Below, in pieces: positions 1-12,856 of a stretch of 64,000 nt of DNA. Source of the stretch: Pseudogymnoascus verrucosus (Eukaryota). The DNA lies in NCBI GenBank assembly GCA_001662655.1, contig KV460215.1, one strand, 5' to 3'. The translations under genes were made by a program, and so were the position numbers. The notes under the pieces are model-generated. The model was given only the letters and a program-made list of their open reading frames with translations. It did no database searches and had not been told where the DNA came from. Each line of letters begins with the position of its first letter. Within the stretch, counting starts at the first letter, position 1.

Positions 1-206
1 CCGTCCATCCATCCATCTCTTCCAACGCCATCAAATTCCCCCAGCCGAACGCCTAACAAACAAACAACCCATTAAAAAAAAGGCACAAAAAAACACAAAA
101 GCCGTCAGCCTCAGTATAAAGGCGCGACAAGAACGCATATAAACGCAGGACATGCAGAAAAGTGCAGAAAGGCCAGACAGTCTGGGTTGGGGGGGGTATG
201 TTCTCT

Positions 207-1566
207 CTACGCCCACTTCCCCAACACCGCCATCAGACCCGCACCAAGGACCATGCATCCAAACGCCGCCAGGACGACCTTGACGCTACTCCGTCGCATC
301 TCCTGGTTAAACATGAATTCGTGAGCCATCAACTCCACCAACCCCGTGTAAATCAGGATACCCGCTGAAATCGAATCAAACACCCCATTCACGAGGAGCA
401 TCGCGCGACCATCCGTGCTAAGGCTTTCTCTGACACCCAGCCCGACAGCGATGGCGAGGGGAGTGGAGATACCGTAGAGCGCACCGAGAATCCAGGGGAG
501 CCATTCTCTGTCCGCGGGCCAGGGGGTGGTAGCGAGGCGGGAACCGAGACCGAGTCCTTCGAAGGTTTGGTGGAAGACGAGGACGATGTAGAGGACTACG
601 AATTCTTCGCCCGCGACGGCGAGGGTGAGTCCGATGAAGATGGAGTGGAAGATGACGCCGAATTCGAGGATGAAGATTGAGGTCAGCTGCGCGGCGAGGT
701 GCTCGGAGGAGGAGTGGTGGTGCCCGTGGGAGAGGTGGTCGGTGCCGCCGGGGGGGTAGGAGAATTCTTGCGAGCGGGTTGGGGAGGGGGGACAGTCGGC
801 GTGGGGGTCGTCGTGGTGGTGTGTGTCGTCGTGTTTGTGCGATGTTTGAGACGAAGATGAAGAATCGAGTGCAGGCTGGACAGCGGCGGGAACGATGACG
901 TCGGGTGTGGGTGACTTGAGGTCAGAAGTGTGAGTGGCGACAGCGGTGATGGGGATGGGAGGAGGGCGGGCGCATTCGGGGTCGTGGGCGTGGGAGTGGG
1001 CTCCGGGCTTGTTGACGCCGAAGAAGTCGAAGCGCATGGCCATTAGCTCGATGAAGAACATGGCGAAGATGGTCATGAGGACTATGCCTTCGACCCAGGA
1101 GTACTCGGTGATGGGGCCGGTGAGGCATTCGTTGGTGAGGGCTTCGTGGGCGGGGGCGAGGAGCTGGGGGGTGTTAGTGGTGGACGGTGGAGGTGGTAAA
1201 GGGGGAGGAGGGTGGACAGTGGATGAGGGGGAAGGGGGGGGGGAAGGTGGACTTACGTGAATGAATGCTGTGGCGATGATGACACCCGAACCGAAGTATT
1301 TAGCGACGAAGAAGGCCGATTTGGGAACGCGCATACGCTTTGAGCGTGAGGCGATGACAGGGAAGAGAGCACCTAGGTTGGGGTGTTAGTTGATCTTCGA
1401 TGTGATGAGGGTGGAGGCACGTGAGTGAAGTGAGGAAAGGGGGAGGAGTAGACATACCAAGCATTGACCCAAAGCCGATGACGAAGATGGAGGAGATGCG
1501 CAGGCCGATGCGGCCGTCATAGTCGTTTCCGCTGCCGCATTGCGGGAGTGGTTCGAGGTCAGACAT
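207..1566 (-). CDS. ZIP-family zinc/iron permease (Zrt1/Zrt2-like), 3 exons
   Basis: Inferred exons 1566-1458, 1372-1257, 1163-207 with GT-AG introns. ZIP motifs KYFGSGVIIATAFIH, ILEFGVIFHSIFIG, FHQTFEGLGLG and a His-rich loop. Confidence 0.95.
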
Positions 1567-4092
1567 TGTGGGTGGAGGTATGCGGTGATGGAGGAGGTGT
1601 TGTGTGATGATTGATGGTAGTGAGTGATAGATGAAAGAAGGTGAGTGTCGAATCCTTGTGAGAGATATGTATGTGTATATCTTCTCTACTTTCTTTCTTT
1701 CTTTCTTTCTCTCTTCTTTCTCTTCCTCGATCAATCAACCTCGATCAAGCTTTTCCAAACAGACAAATCTCTCGATGACAGCGCTCTCCCGATGATGACA
1801 CTGATCAGCAGAAACAAGAACTCCTGCAGCCGGCTGGGCAAGCTTATGTCTTATACACGCGCGACAGACCGCCGGGTAGCACAGCTGGGACGGCGACGGC
1901 GGGTCGTCTGGTTTGTCTTGTCTTGGTTTCTCCACCGGGGCACGTTGTGGGTTGTGCGTGGAGGTAGGGGTAGGCGGGCTGATGGATGGATGCAGGTATG
2001 TAGGTAACCTTGTTGGTGCGGTGGATGCGTGGATGCGGCAGGTTATGTAGTGGAAGGTGGACGAGGGGGCGGACGTGGGATGTAGTGGCACGTATGTCGG
2101 TGGTAGGTGGGTGGAGGTGGATGAGGTGAGTTTGCTAGTGGTGGTGGTGGAGATGTGCGTGTGTGCGGCGTGTGTAGTAGGAGGTAGTGGTAGTGGTGGT
2201 AGATGGCCGTCTATATGGTATATGGTATATGAGGAAATGAATGAGGCTCTCGGTATGAGGGATTGAGAACAAAGGCGGCGTGGTCGTTGGTGTAGGTATA
2301 GATATATCAGTCGGTCATCAGAGTACGGCGGCAACAATCAATTACGCCCAATTTGCACACTCTTCTTTCTATAGTGACAGCGACGATGATGATGACAGTA
2401 TGAAGGCGGTGATGAGGAATTGACGATATCTACAGTATGTGCAAAAGAAAGAGAGAACCCCCATCCCAGCCCACGCCCACGAAACCATGCAAATCCCCCC
2501 CCACCATCCATCCGCCCCGATGACAACTGCAAAAAAAGATCCTTACGCCTATCCCTCCCAACCCACCTTTGTTTGGAGCTTGTCGCCTCTTAGCGCGGGC
2601 GGGAGCGTCACCTTGGGGGATACCCCTGTGGGTCCTTGTTGAGAGAATACGTCTTGGCGCTGACTTGGCGGGGTTTTTTGTGTGTGAGATGGGACAAAAA
2701 AGCCCTGTCCTGATTGCCGAGTGTCGGCCGGTGGATGACTAAGGAGGGATGAGGAAGATTGGAGGGCTGTGAGTGGCTGGAGAGAGGGGGGAAAGCGAGA
2801 GAGAGGTGTTACCTTGTGGGATAGATGAGGCGTTTGGAGGTAGGGGTACTTTGGGGGGGTACTTTGGGGGGGTACTTTGGAGGAGGGCGGGATGGGGTGG
2901 TGGTTTGGCGGGTTTAGGAAGGAGGGGGATGTAGTTGATGTGCTTAAGTGTACTTTATGATACTTGGGTACTTTTGTATCAGCAATATGGTCAACGGCCA
3001 CCCCCAATCGATCAATCACGTACTTCTTTTTACTGTACGGGCAATTTTAGGAGTACGGTTTTTTTAGTGTATAGACAATTTCTAGAGTACTCTTTTTTAC
3101 TCTACATACAATCCCATCTCAGCCCTGTACCGTATCTTCTTTATCCTCCTCAATGGACATTCAACGTCATCCCTCCTTCCTTCCTCACCCCTCCATCCCA
3201 TCCCACACCGAACAACGCACACAATTATATCATACCATACCACACCACACCACACCTGCGTCTGCACCTCCGATCCACCCACCAAAAAAAACCCCTCAAT
3301 GTCTCACTCCCATACAATCTCTTAAGATTACATATAGTACAACAAACACATACACGCACATATAAGCACACATACACATACACACACAGCAGTAATCTCT
3401 TACCGAGCACAACACACCAAGAAAAATATATATATATATATATATAAATTCTTCGCATAAACACATCATGTCCTCACCCGCTATCCACAGCATATATACG
3501 AGTCCGTCAATCCCCCACCACCACGGGTATACAAACCCGAACGCACAACCAGACGCACAAAAATAATCCTACAGTAACCAAACCACCACATCCCCAAATC
3601 CGTATACTAACAAAGAAAATACATACATACACCAACCCAACTATAACACACACACAAGTACCTCCCCCTCCCCCAATGATACCGCCCGCGGGGCATGTAA
3701 ACTCCTTGGCCCTATCCCCCCGGGTTACGCAAAGACACGCATCAAACGCACATCCCACCCGCTTTCCCACGGACGGACGCCACGGCGGGCGCTACGGGTG
3801 TGTGTGATTTTTTTTTTGTCTTGGGCGGACCACTTCCTCCCTCTCGCTCCTGCTGTTTTCGTCATTTCGTGGTGTGCTGTGTTGTGGGTTGGTGGTTAAG
3901 CCGTGAGAGGGCGTGGGGGAGGAGGGAGGGTGGATTGGGTCTGTATGCGGGAGGAGGACGAGGAAGGTGAGTGAATGTGGGTATGGACGGCATTGTTACC
4001 CGCGGTTCTTTCTATTTCTGCTCTACTAACTATACTGCTATACTACGGGTGGGGATCCATATATATGCTCTACATATGCTCTACAGCTATAT

Positions 4093-4189
4093 CCACACAC
4101 CACAGCTCACAATCAACCTACATCCAATCCACACACACCCCACACACCACAGCTCACAATCAACCTACATCCAATCCACACACACCCCA
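4093..4189. repeat. Exact 47-bp tandem duplication
   Basis: ccacacaccacagctcacaatcaacctacatccaatccacacacacc begins at 4093 and again at 4140. Confidence 0.9.
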
Positions 4190-4936
4190 CAGAAAGGTGT
4201 CTATCCCAACTACACCCCTCCATGTCCAGAATATTTACACACACACCCCTCATACACACCCCTCACACCCTCATACCCTCATACACCACATACACACACA
4301 CCCCTCTACCCTCCCACATCACAATTCGTCACGTTTCTCGCCCTTAACCCGTACACTGTGTGTGCCACATCACGTGTCTCACCCGCCCAACCCAACACGA
4401 GCGAACTGCAAGTCAAGTCAAGTCGCACACCGTGCAACTGCAACGTGCTACCCACGCCTCACCTCCCCTTACCTCACCTCACCGCACCGCACCGTGTCTT
4501 ATCGCTAGGCTGGGTCGGGAGGGGAGGGGATCGCCGCGGGAGTACGAATGTCACTGACTAGGTATTCAGCTCGCGCGCGTGTGGTTGTATGACACTCAGC
4601 GCGAACGGTTGATGTGGGTTGCCGGTTGGGTTTGCGAGTGAACTGCCGAGTTGTGGTGAGGTACAGGTAGTACCATTGGAGTATGGATGGTGGTCGTGGT
4701 GTGTGGTGAGAGGAATGATGTACTCGAGTAGGAGTGTGTGAATGCGTAATGTAATATTACGAGTAGTAGGCATGTTAGGAGGGTTCGGATGGTTAGAAGC
4801 GCTCGAAGTGCAGTAGTACACCCCCCAAGGTGCACCGCATCCCAGCATCATTCCAGCCCAGTTCACACCCTTTCACAACACCCCCTTCCCAACTCCCAGT
4901 CCTCATCCACAGCCACACATCCCAAGTAACACTTCA

Positions 4937-5115
4937 TAGTGCGAAAAGACGGGACAGTCTGGGACTGTAGTGCGAAAACACCCTTCGCAGTCCACAAGGG
5001 ATTGTATCCCTCATTTCCATTCCCCAGTAAACAGTGGGTAGTAGTGCGAAAACACGCAAGCATCGCCAGTTCGTAGTCCACAAAGGGATGGCTTGCTTCC
5101 TCATTTCCCACTTCC
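4937..5115. repeat. Imperfect ~74-bp tandem repeat carrying TAGTGCGAAAA x3
   Basis: TAGTGCGAAAA at 4937, 4968 and 5042. AGTCCACAA(A)GGGAT and CCTCATTTCC each occur twice. Confidence 0.75.
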
Positions 5116-5552
5116 AATCCTGCCACACGCTACCTTGGCGGCCACACCACGGCGAATACACCGGTGAGCGGGGCGGGGACACGGGATGCTGCATCCAGAA
5201 TCCCGTGGGGGTGGTGCGAGGTCGGACGAGCCGAGTTGGGCTGAGGCCAGGGGTTGTCGTTGGTTCGAGACGAGGGTGCTGTTGGTGAGAGAGACGGGCT
5301 GAGACGGTGGTAGTGACGATGACAGTTACCCTCTCTCCAAGAGGACGCTGCTGGGATGAGAGGATCGTGTCGTGGGGATCCTCCCCTTTCCCGTTTGTAA
5401 TACGCCGCTCTGGCTCCAATAGCGCGTGCTGGTCGGGTTATGCCGTTCCCCTTTCCTCTACTCCCACTATTCTCACTCCCTGACACGCCTCTCAGTCCCT
5501 CTCTCCCACGCCGCGCACACACGTATCTCGCACGGCGCACTCACCCACTCAC

Positions 5553-6909
5553 TCACGACGAATACTGCAACTCCACCCCCAAGCTCCTAAACGGCTGATC
5601 CCTCCGTCTCAAATCAAGCGTCGACCCAACACAAACAAGCAGATCCTTCACCCTCCCCTCCCACACCACGCCAACGCGCAACTTCTCATCCACCCTTCCC
5701 TTGAACACCCCCGTCACCTCCCCCCTTTCGTCCTCCTTCCCATTGACTCGTATCCCCATCGGCAGTCCGTCCGCCGATACAGCAGCAGGGGCAGCAGAAG
5801 GGGGAAACATCTCCTCCTCACTCCTCCACGCCAGTTTCGCTGCCATGCTCCTCCCTCCTCCCCGAACGGCGGGTAATTTCACGCTCCGTCGCCAAAGCTC
5901 GCATCCGAGAACGAGTTCGCTTTCGTAGCTGTAGGCGTTGAATTCGAATCTACTACACAGTGCGACGTCCTCCCCGGCTTTAACAGCGTAGGTAGCGCTG
6001 AAATTTCCCATCAGAGGGTTCAAAGTGAGAGTCGCGGTGAGAGGGATGCCGCGGTAGGTAGGGAGGGTGGCGAAGCGGCCGCCGAGACTGACGCCGCCCG
6101 ATTTGTTGAGGGTGCCGTAGTAGGCTTCTGCGCCGGCGGAAAAGCGGCCGTGGATGCGGTCTTCGGTTGGTGGTGTTGCGGATGCTGATACAACTCCAGG
6201 GGACGTTGGTGAAGTACTGCAGGTGGCAGGGACGCGCGGATCAGCACCGAAATTGTACAGCCCCTTGAACCCGAGCAGCCCGCCGTCGGTGGAGTAGAGG
6301 GCTTCGGTGGAGTATTTCCCGACGTCGTGTTGGTGGAGGGCGAGGAGGGTGCCGCCGTTTCGTAGGCGAGAGGAGGAGACGGCGCTGATTTTGATTTGGG
6401 ACGTTGGGGAGAGGCGGCGCAGGTAGAGCGCTTCGAGGGTGCTTTGGGGGAGGTAGAGGCGGCCGTAGAGGAGGGTGGGTGGGCTGACAGCGTCTGTGGA
6501 TGATGGGTCGGAGGATGGAGGTGGCCATGTTGAGGAGGGCGAGGGGAGTTCTTGAATTTGTCGGTAGCCGCGGATTACATCGTGGAGGTTGAGACGGCCG
6601 GCTTGTGCGAAGGCGGAGGTGAGTGGGAGGGAGGTGTAGAGATAGGAGAGGGAGCCATTGACGAGGCCGACGCTTCCGAGGGCGTAGGAGGTCGCGAAGT
6701 TGGGTGAGGAGAGGGAGGAGATGTCGACGCGGAAGCCACGAGGGGTATCGAAGTCGAGGAGAGCTGGAGGGGGTTAGCATAGTCCGCTGGGCGCATAGGT
6801 CATGTAGCTTACCTCTCGACGTGGCCGTCAGGTTCGTGTAGTTATTCTCGTAGCTCCATCGCGACGCATTGTAGAAGGACTGCTGCACAAAATCCATAAA
6901 CTCCAACAT
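5553..6909 (-). CDS. MDM10: Mitochondrial distribution and morphology protein 10 (ERMES/SAM beta-barrel)
   Basis: N-terminus MLEFMDFVQQSFYNASRWSYENNYTNLTATSR. Intron 6812-6764 joins in-frame to LLYGRLYLP...NPLMG...SRFEFNAYSYES...GVELQYSS. Confidence 0.93.
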
Positions 6910-7177
6910 CGCCGCAATCAATCAAACCGCACAAATACAGTTCTTCTCGCCAGCAACGCGTTCGCCAAGAGACAATTGACTCTGAATTCCCCATCTCGGT
7001 CCCCCAGAAACCAAACACCCACACAGCCCGCACCAAGCCCAATGCGGTTAGTGCATCACACCGCCGCGGCAGAAAAGTCTCGATAGTGAAATCGATAGAA
7101 ATCTCACAATCATATTTACGGAAAAACCACCTCCCCAAACCCCACCACCAAACACTCCCATCTCAACCACCGCCAGA

Positions 7178-7956
7178 ATGCCTAAATCCAAGCGCGCCAA
7201 GGTGGTTCACCTGACCCAGGTCGATAAGAAGGGCAAGGAGCTCACGCTCAAGCTCTTCGCCAATGTCCAGGAGAGCATCGACAAGTACAAGTATATCTTC
7301 GTCTTCAGCGTCGACAACATGCGCAACACCTACCTGAAGAAAGTGCGCGCCGACCTCAGCGATTCTCGGTTAGTCCTCCCAATTTCCCCATTCCCCCCTC
7401 GATCGCAAGACTAACACCCCGTAGCCTCTTCTTCGGCAAGACAAAGGTCATGGCCAAAGCCCTGGGCTCCACCCCCGAAACCGCCTACCAGACCAACACG
7501 CACCTCCTCGCGCCCTACCTCGCCGGCAACGTCGGGCTCCTCTTCACCGACCGCAGCCCCGAGGACGTCAGCGCCCACTTCGCCGCCAACACGCCTACTG
7601 ATTTCGCGCGCGCGGGCACCCGCGCCACCCGCCGCTTCGCAATCCCAAAGGGGATCGTGTACTCCCTCGGTGGGGAGGTGGCGGCCGAGAGCGATGTGCC
7701 GATGGCGCATGGGCTGGAGCCGGAGCTGAGGAGGTTGAATGTGCCGACGAGCTTGAGTAAGGGGAAGATCACCCTGCAGAATGAGTATGAGGTGTGTCGC
7801 GAGGGGCAGGTGTTGGATAGTAGGCAGACGAGGTTGTTGAAGCTGTTTGGGGTTGCGACAGCGGAGTTTAGGGTGCGTGTTGTGGCGTATTGGAGTGCGG
7901 AGAGTGGGACGGTGGAGGAGGTGGATGGGGAGGCGCCGGAGGAGATGGAGGAGTAG
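7178..7956 (+). CDS. MRT4: mRNA turnover protein 4 / 60S assembly factor (P0 paralogue)
   Basis: [55 protein letters not shown]. Intron 7369-7424. Divergent from MDM10 across 268 bp. Confidence 0.95.
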
Positions 7957-8379
7957 GGGACGGGCTTGATGGGTTGAGATGTGAATGGCTGGGCTGGCAT
8001 GGGGTGGGATTGCTGTAGCTATAGAGACCTACAGACTCGGCGTTACGGGAGTTGTGATGAGGAAAAGTAATGAAATGACTTCAATACTGGCTTTGAGGTG
8101 TATGTTTTAGTGAGTAGATTATCTATGAATTGATGAGTAGCACACATAGGGCAATATTAAATAAATATTGGGGGCACGATTTGACGATACTGTTTGCAGA
8201 AAATTAATGCATGTGTATCGTCTCTTGAAAATAGAAAATTGTCAAGAAATTGTATTTCAGGGTGTGAAATATCACAAAATACGTTGTGGGGGAAAGTGCA
8301 AATAGGTATAAAAAAAAACAGATCGTAGTTGTTTTTGTTGCCTATATTATGCGTTGTAGGTAGCTCCTTCCATATCAAA

Positions 8380-8460
8380 GGCGTGGTGCCAGAGTGGTTA
8401 ATGGGTATGACTAGAAATCATATGGTTTCGGCCGCGTAGGTTCAAATCCTGCCCACGTCG
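8380..8460 (+). tRNA. tRNA-Ser (anticodon AGA)
   Basis: Acceptor GGCGTGG/CCACGTC plus G discriminator, anticodon arm TATGA-CTAGAAA-TCATA, long variable arm, GGTTCAAATCC T-arm, downstream T-run terminator. Confidence 0.96.
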
Positions 8461-8569
8461 TTTATTCTTTTTGTTTTTTTGCACTAAAAACTCTTACGAG
8501 GGACTATTCGCAGCCTTACACCTAATGGAATTTCTCCTTATGGCTTAATTTTTCAGTAACTAGCATATT

Positions 8570-8850
8570 AAAAGACTCTAACAGTTTCTAAGTTGTTTAG
8601 AGTCTTTAATTAACTTTTGGTTACTATGGTTAACTCAAGCAACAATAGAGTCTATAGTATTGAAAGACTAACAGTTTCTAAGAGTCTTTATTTAACTTTT
8701 AGTTACTATCGTTTACTTTAGCAACAATACAGTCTATAGAGTCTTTATTTAACTTTAAGTTACTATCATTTACTCAAGCAACAATAGAGTCTGTAGGCGT
8801 TATTTTACTTTTTAGTTACTATCATTTACTCAAGCAATAATAGTGTCTGT
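8570..8850. repeat. AT-rich minisatellite, about 4 degenerate copies of a ~58-bp unit
   Basis: Unit approximately agagtctttatttaacttttagttactatcatttactcaagcaacaatagagtct(a/g)t, with aaagact..aacagtttctaag spacers. Confidence 0.85.
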
Positions 8851-9170
8851 TGGCGGTTCTGAGCCTCTTGGTGGGTGTTGGTTGGCTGCACCAGGGCGAT
8901 TGGCTTATCTGCACGTGCGCCGATATTTATTTTGCGATCTACAATCGTTTTGGCAAAGGGTCCTCAAGGTGAAATCAAGTCCTCAACGCCATTAATACCC
9001 ATAAAACACGAATAAGCCAATAAAGCAGGAGCAACTGCACCTCTTTATACCTGCGACACCATAATCTCTCCGATATAACCACCAGTCGACCTACAACAAC
9101 CCGGCACAACCAGTCGCATCGAGAACTCCAACCAGCCAGGCACCGGGCACAACATCCCACAACCTGCACA

Positions 9171-9626
9171 ATGTCCTCTCAAGACTCTCTCCCATCTTCC
9201 CCCGAAACCATCGCGCGCCAGCGCTCCCTACTCCGCTACACCTCCTTCGGCGCGCTCGTCATCTGTCCGCTCCTGATTGCGCTGCCGCCGCGCAAGATGG
9301 ACGTCTACACCATCGCGGCGCTGGCGTCGACGGGGTTGAGCGGGAACTACTTGATGGGAGATTACACAGGGAGGACAATAGTTGACCGGGCGAAGTTTTC
9401 TGCAGCGGGGTTTATGGCTGAGAAGGCGGAGGAGAAGAAGCGGTTACAGGAGAAGATCAGGATGGGAGAGGTGCTGAGGAGTGCGACGGATAGTAGGCCG
9501 AAGGAGGGGTGGAAGGCCCAGAGGGATGAGAGGGAGAAGAAGGCCGCCGAGGAGGGGAAGGGGTATGGGGATTTGATTATGGATCAGATTTGGGATGTGT
9601 GGACTTGGGGAAAGGGAGATAAATAG
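9171..9626 (+). CDS. Small hypothetical membrane protein (151 aa)
   Basis: Clean ORF with good start context (cacaATG). Hydrophobic segments around LPPRKMD, charged region, C-terminal GYGDLIMDQIWDVW. Confidence 0.75.
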   Translation: MSSQDSLPSSPETIARQRSLLRYTSFGALVICPLLIALPPRKMDVYTIAALASTGLSGNYLMGDYTGRTIVDRAKFSAAGFMAEKAEEKKRLQEKIRMGEVLRSATDSRPKEGWKAQRDEREKKAAEEGKGYGDLIMDQIWDVWTWGKGDK

Positions 9627-9856
9627 GTGCTGACAGATGAGGAGCTGTATGATCAGGGTTTACGACGACAATGAGGTGGAAGTGTATATAAGAGTGTAGC
9701 TCGCGATAGGATTATCTGGCAGAGCTTGTAGTAATGTGTACAGTACGGGATATACCCTTCTCTTGGTATCAATCACTCATACACTTCCTATGCGATTATA
9801 TACAGACATTGAAGCCAGGGTATAACTCGCGCCCACTTCCTCGACCAACATTAATT

Positions 9857-10673
9857 TCACGTAACCCTCCTGCGTCTCTTCCTGTCTTCCTTCCCCTCCA
9901 CCTCCGCCTCAGGCGACCCCCTCTTCTTCCCAAAACTCTCCCTCTTAACCCTCTTCTCCCTCTTCCTCTCATCCGCCTCGAGCGTGCTACTCCTCCTCCT
10001 CCTCTTCTTACTCCCCTCTTTCATCTTCAACTTCTCCCTCTCCTTCACTTTCAGCCGCGCCTCCACTTCCGCACGAAGATCATCAACCTCCACCTCCACC
10101 TCCTTCGGAGGCTCCACCCGCTCCACCCTCATCTTCTTCCCTCCTTGTACCGGCAGAGCATGCGATGCAGTCCCGCGCTCCTCTCCACTGGGGCTCGGGC
10201 TCGGGCTCAACAGCTCCGCCTCCTCCTCTTCCGCTGCATTCCTCCGTTTCGCGCCAGGCTCCGTCAAGACCTCCGACCCGCCGCTGCGGCGCCGCTTCGT
10301 GTTGTTTTCCAAGCCGCCTACTTGCCCTAGCATCTCCTTCGTATTTGCCAAGAATTTAGAGATTGTGTCGTGCCGCGCCGAGGCAGGCGGTGAGGTCTTG
10401 AGGATCGCGGAGAGGATGCGTGAATGCGATGTAAGGAGGGTGTGGTGCTGGTGTATAATCTGCGATGATGTTAATTGGGTGTGCTGCGAGGGTTCGGGGA
10501 GGGTAACGCACCTCTGTCCACCAGCCGTCAGAAGTTTCATCTTGAGCTGGCCCCGTCTGCTCGTGCTGGCCAGTCTGTGCATTATCCTGGTCGCTTTTGC
10601 GTTTCCGATGTGCTTTCTTGATTGGGATTATTGGTCGTTGAGGGAGCGCTATGCTAGCCATTGTGTCTGCCAT
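9857..10673 (-). CDS. Hypothetical basic, probably nuclear protein, 2 exons
   Basis: Exon 10673-10512, intron 10511-10460 (GTGCGT...CAG), exon 10459-9857 in frame. Several K/R-rich NLS-like runs. Confidence 0.65.
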
Positions 10674-11646
10674 TTTGGGCGCAGTTTAGAGCAAAGGCAG
10701 GACTTTGTAGGCCGCCAGGGGACAATTCAAGCCTTTGGATGTGGAAACGACGCGGATGGATGGTTGGAGGTTGTCCTCGAGTTTTGTTATCCTTATCGGC
10801 TCTTAATTTGGAAGGAACCAGAGCCATCGGTTGTTCCTTCCCTGACACTTCTCTTGGCACCCAGACCACAACTCACCGGATTGTCCATATCACCAAGTGA
10901 CTGAGATTCCCACCGGGGAACATACGTTTACGGTATTAACTTCTATTTAAAGCTGCTAAATTGATATTTTTGTCATTTTTGCCGCGTAGGAATCAAGGCT
11001 CTAGATGGCAATGTTCAGCCAACATATAAATGAATTTAGTCAATCGACTAAAATATTATCTCCGAAATAAAATCAATTGTATCATAAGAAAAATAATATA
11101 AATCAAAATAATAGTCCTTTAGGATTTTATTTCAATACAAACCAATTTGTCTCTCCTATTGAACAGCTATATCTACTTCTGGGAATTCCATTGGAGATTC
11201 ACTCGCAGGTAAAGCCTCAGATGAATTGGGTTTTTGATAATTCGATCAATATGCTTGCGTCGGAGGTGATACCAGGATAGCAGATTCATGAGCTTCTAGA
11301 GTGACTGTAAGTGATAACTATGGAAGCCTTAAACTCCCCCAAGGAATCTTTGGTTGCAAGTGCCAACCCCTATATATCATTAATTTATAGGAACGGCGGA
11401 CATAAGAACATCTTCATATCTCCGTTATATTCACAAACGAGCGAATACAATGTACCTAAAGACGCATTGAACCAATCGTGTATATAGTTGGCGCGTAAAG
11501 CAGCGAAAATTTAAAGACGAACGGATTTAAGTGGTATGATTAAAATCCGTTGTGTCATAATGGTTGTGTTGGCTGGTGGTGCGGATAAATAACGGCAATC
11601 CTCCAGACACCACCATAGCACTTAACATTTGAAGCCACTGGAAACG

Positions 11647-12668
11647 ATGGTAAAGACTACGGCAATCAGGCAGTGCAATGAGCGCTTTGCCAAAGAGAAA
11701 AATCCTGAACTCGTGTGTGTGTTTGCCGGCGCTACAAGCGGTAGCGGCGCCGGCGCGCTCGAGGCGATGGTTGGTATGCTACGGACATCGACCTTTTATA
11801 TCATTGGAAGATCGTCAGCTCAGTTTGCGAGCCAACGGAAAAAGTTAGAGAAACTAAACCCTGGCTGTAAACTTGTGTTTCTTGAAGCTCAAGTATCATT
11901 GCTCTCCGATGTCGATGCGGTGTGCAAGCAAATCGCAGCTTCTGAAAAGAAGGTGGATTTGTTGTTTATGAGCCCTGGGTGTATTCCTTTCGGGGGACCA
12001 AAGTGTACGTACCTTACATTTTTGAAGGACACGGTACTAATACATGTGTAGATACGAAAGAAGGCCTCGAGACCTGCTTCGCCATTTCTTACTATTCTCG
12101 AATGCGCCTTATACAGAATGTTCTGCCTCTTCTGCGCCAATCTTCGCGGCCACGAGTCCTTACCCTGCTCAATGGCGGCAAGGAGAAACAAATGTTTGAC
12201 GATGACATTGGCCTAGAAACTCAATGGTCTGCAGATGCAGTAATCACCCACACCACCACCATGACGAGCTTGGCGCTCGAGCACCTAGCTAAGGACGACG
12301 AGAGGATTACTTTCCTACATGTGTTCCCTGGGTTAGTAAACTCGGGCAACTTCATTAGAGTGACTGCAGAAGAATCGGCCGGAGTGGTTTGGAGTGTGAT
12401 GCTGGCGGTATTCTGCCGCATGATCACTGTGGTGCAGTTAATTTTTGGAATTACACCAGAGGAATGTGGGGAGAGACAGGCTTACCACCTAACAAGTGAT
12501 CAGTTTGGACCAGGTGCATGGCGAATCGATAACTCAAGCGAAGTAGTGACTGTGCCTGCAGGAGACGTCTTTGAGAAATATAGAGATGGTGGATGGCCGA
12601 AAAAGACTTGGGAGCATACCACAGCTGTTTTCGAACGTGTGGGGGCGACTGGAAATAACGAAGAGTAA
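11647..12668 (+). CDS. Short-chain dehydrogenase/reductase (NAD(P)-binding oxidoreductase)
   Basis: CVFAGATSGSG Rossmann motif, VDLLFMSPG, YYSRMRL, HVFPGLV. Intron 12005-12051. Confidence 0.88.
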
Positions 12669-12856
12669 AGAGAAAACAGTTATGAATGTTTTTTTGCTTA
12701 TAACTGATTTGCCTGTTCTCGTTATTAATCAACTCATCAATTCCTTTTATGCATGGTGCAATTTAAGGAGAAGCGGGATAAGGATATTTGGCAAATGCCT
12801 GTCTTGTGGAGGAGGTATTATGACCTAGCTACTATCCCCTCCCGATATTTTCATAA

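Larger units (their letters stand above)
2007..5137. promoter_or_regulatory. Putative zinc-response elements (CAAGGT core) upstream of the ZIP gene
   Basis: CAAGGT/ACCTTG at 2007-2012, 2610-2615, 2811-2816, 4826-4831 and 5132-5137. Matches the CARGGT core bound by ZafA/Zap1-type factors. Confidence 0.5.

Noticed and set aside
1735..5540. Many 60-200 aa ORFs in the ZIP upstream region
   Set aside because: Low-complexity His/Thr/Pro translations of CA-rich sequence with no domain motifs or coherent splice structure.
8570..8850. CRISPR-like array
   Set aside because: Eukaryotic context, degenerate tandem units without unique spacers, and no cas genes.
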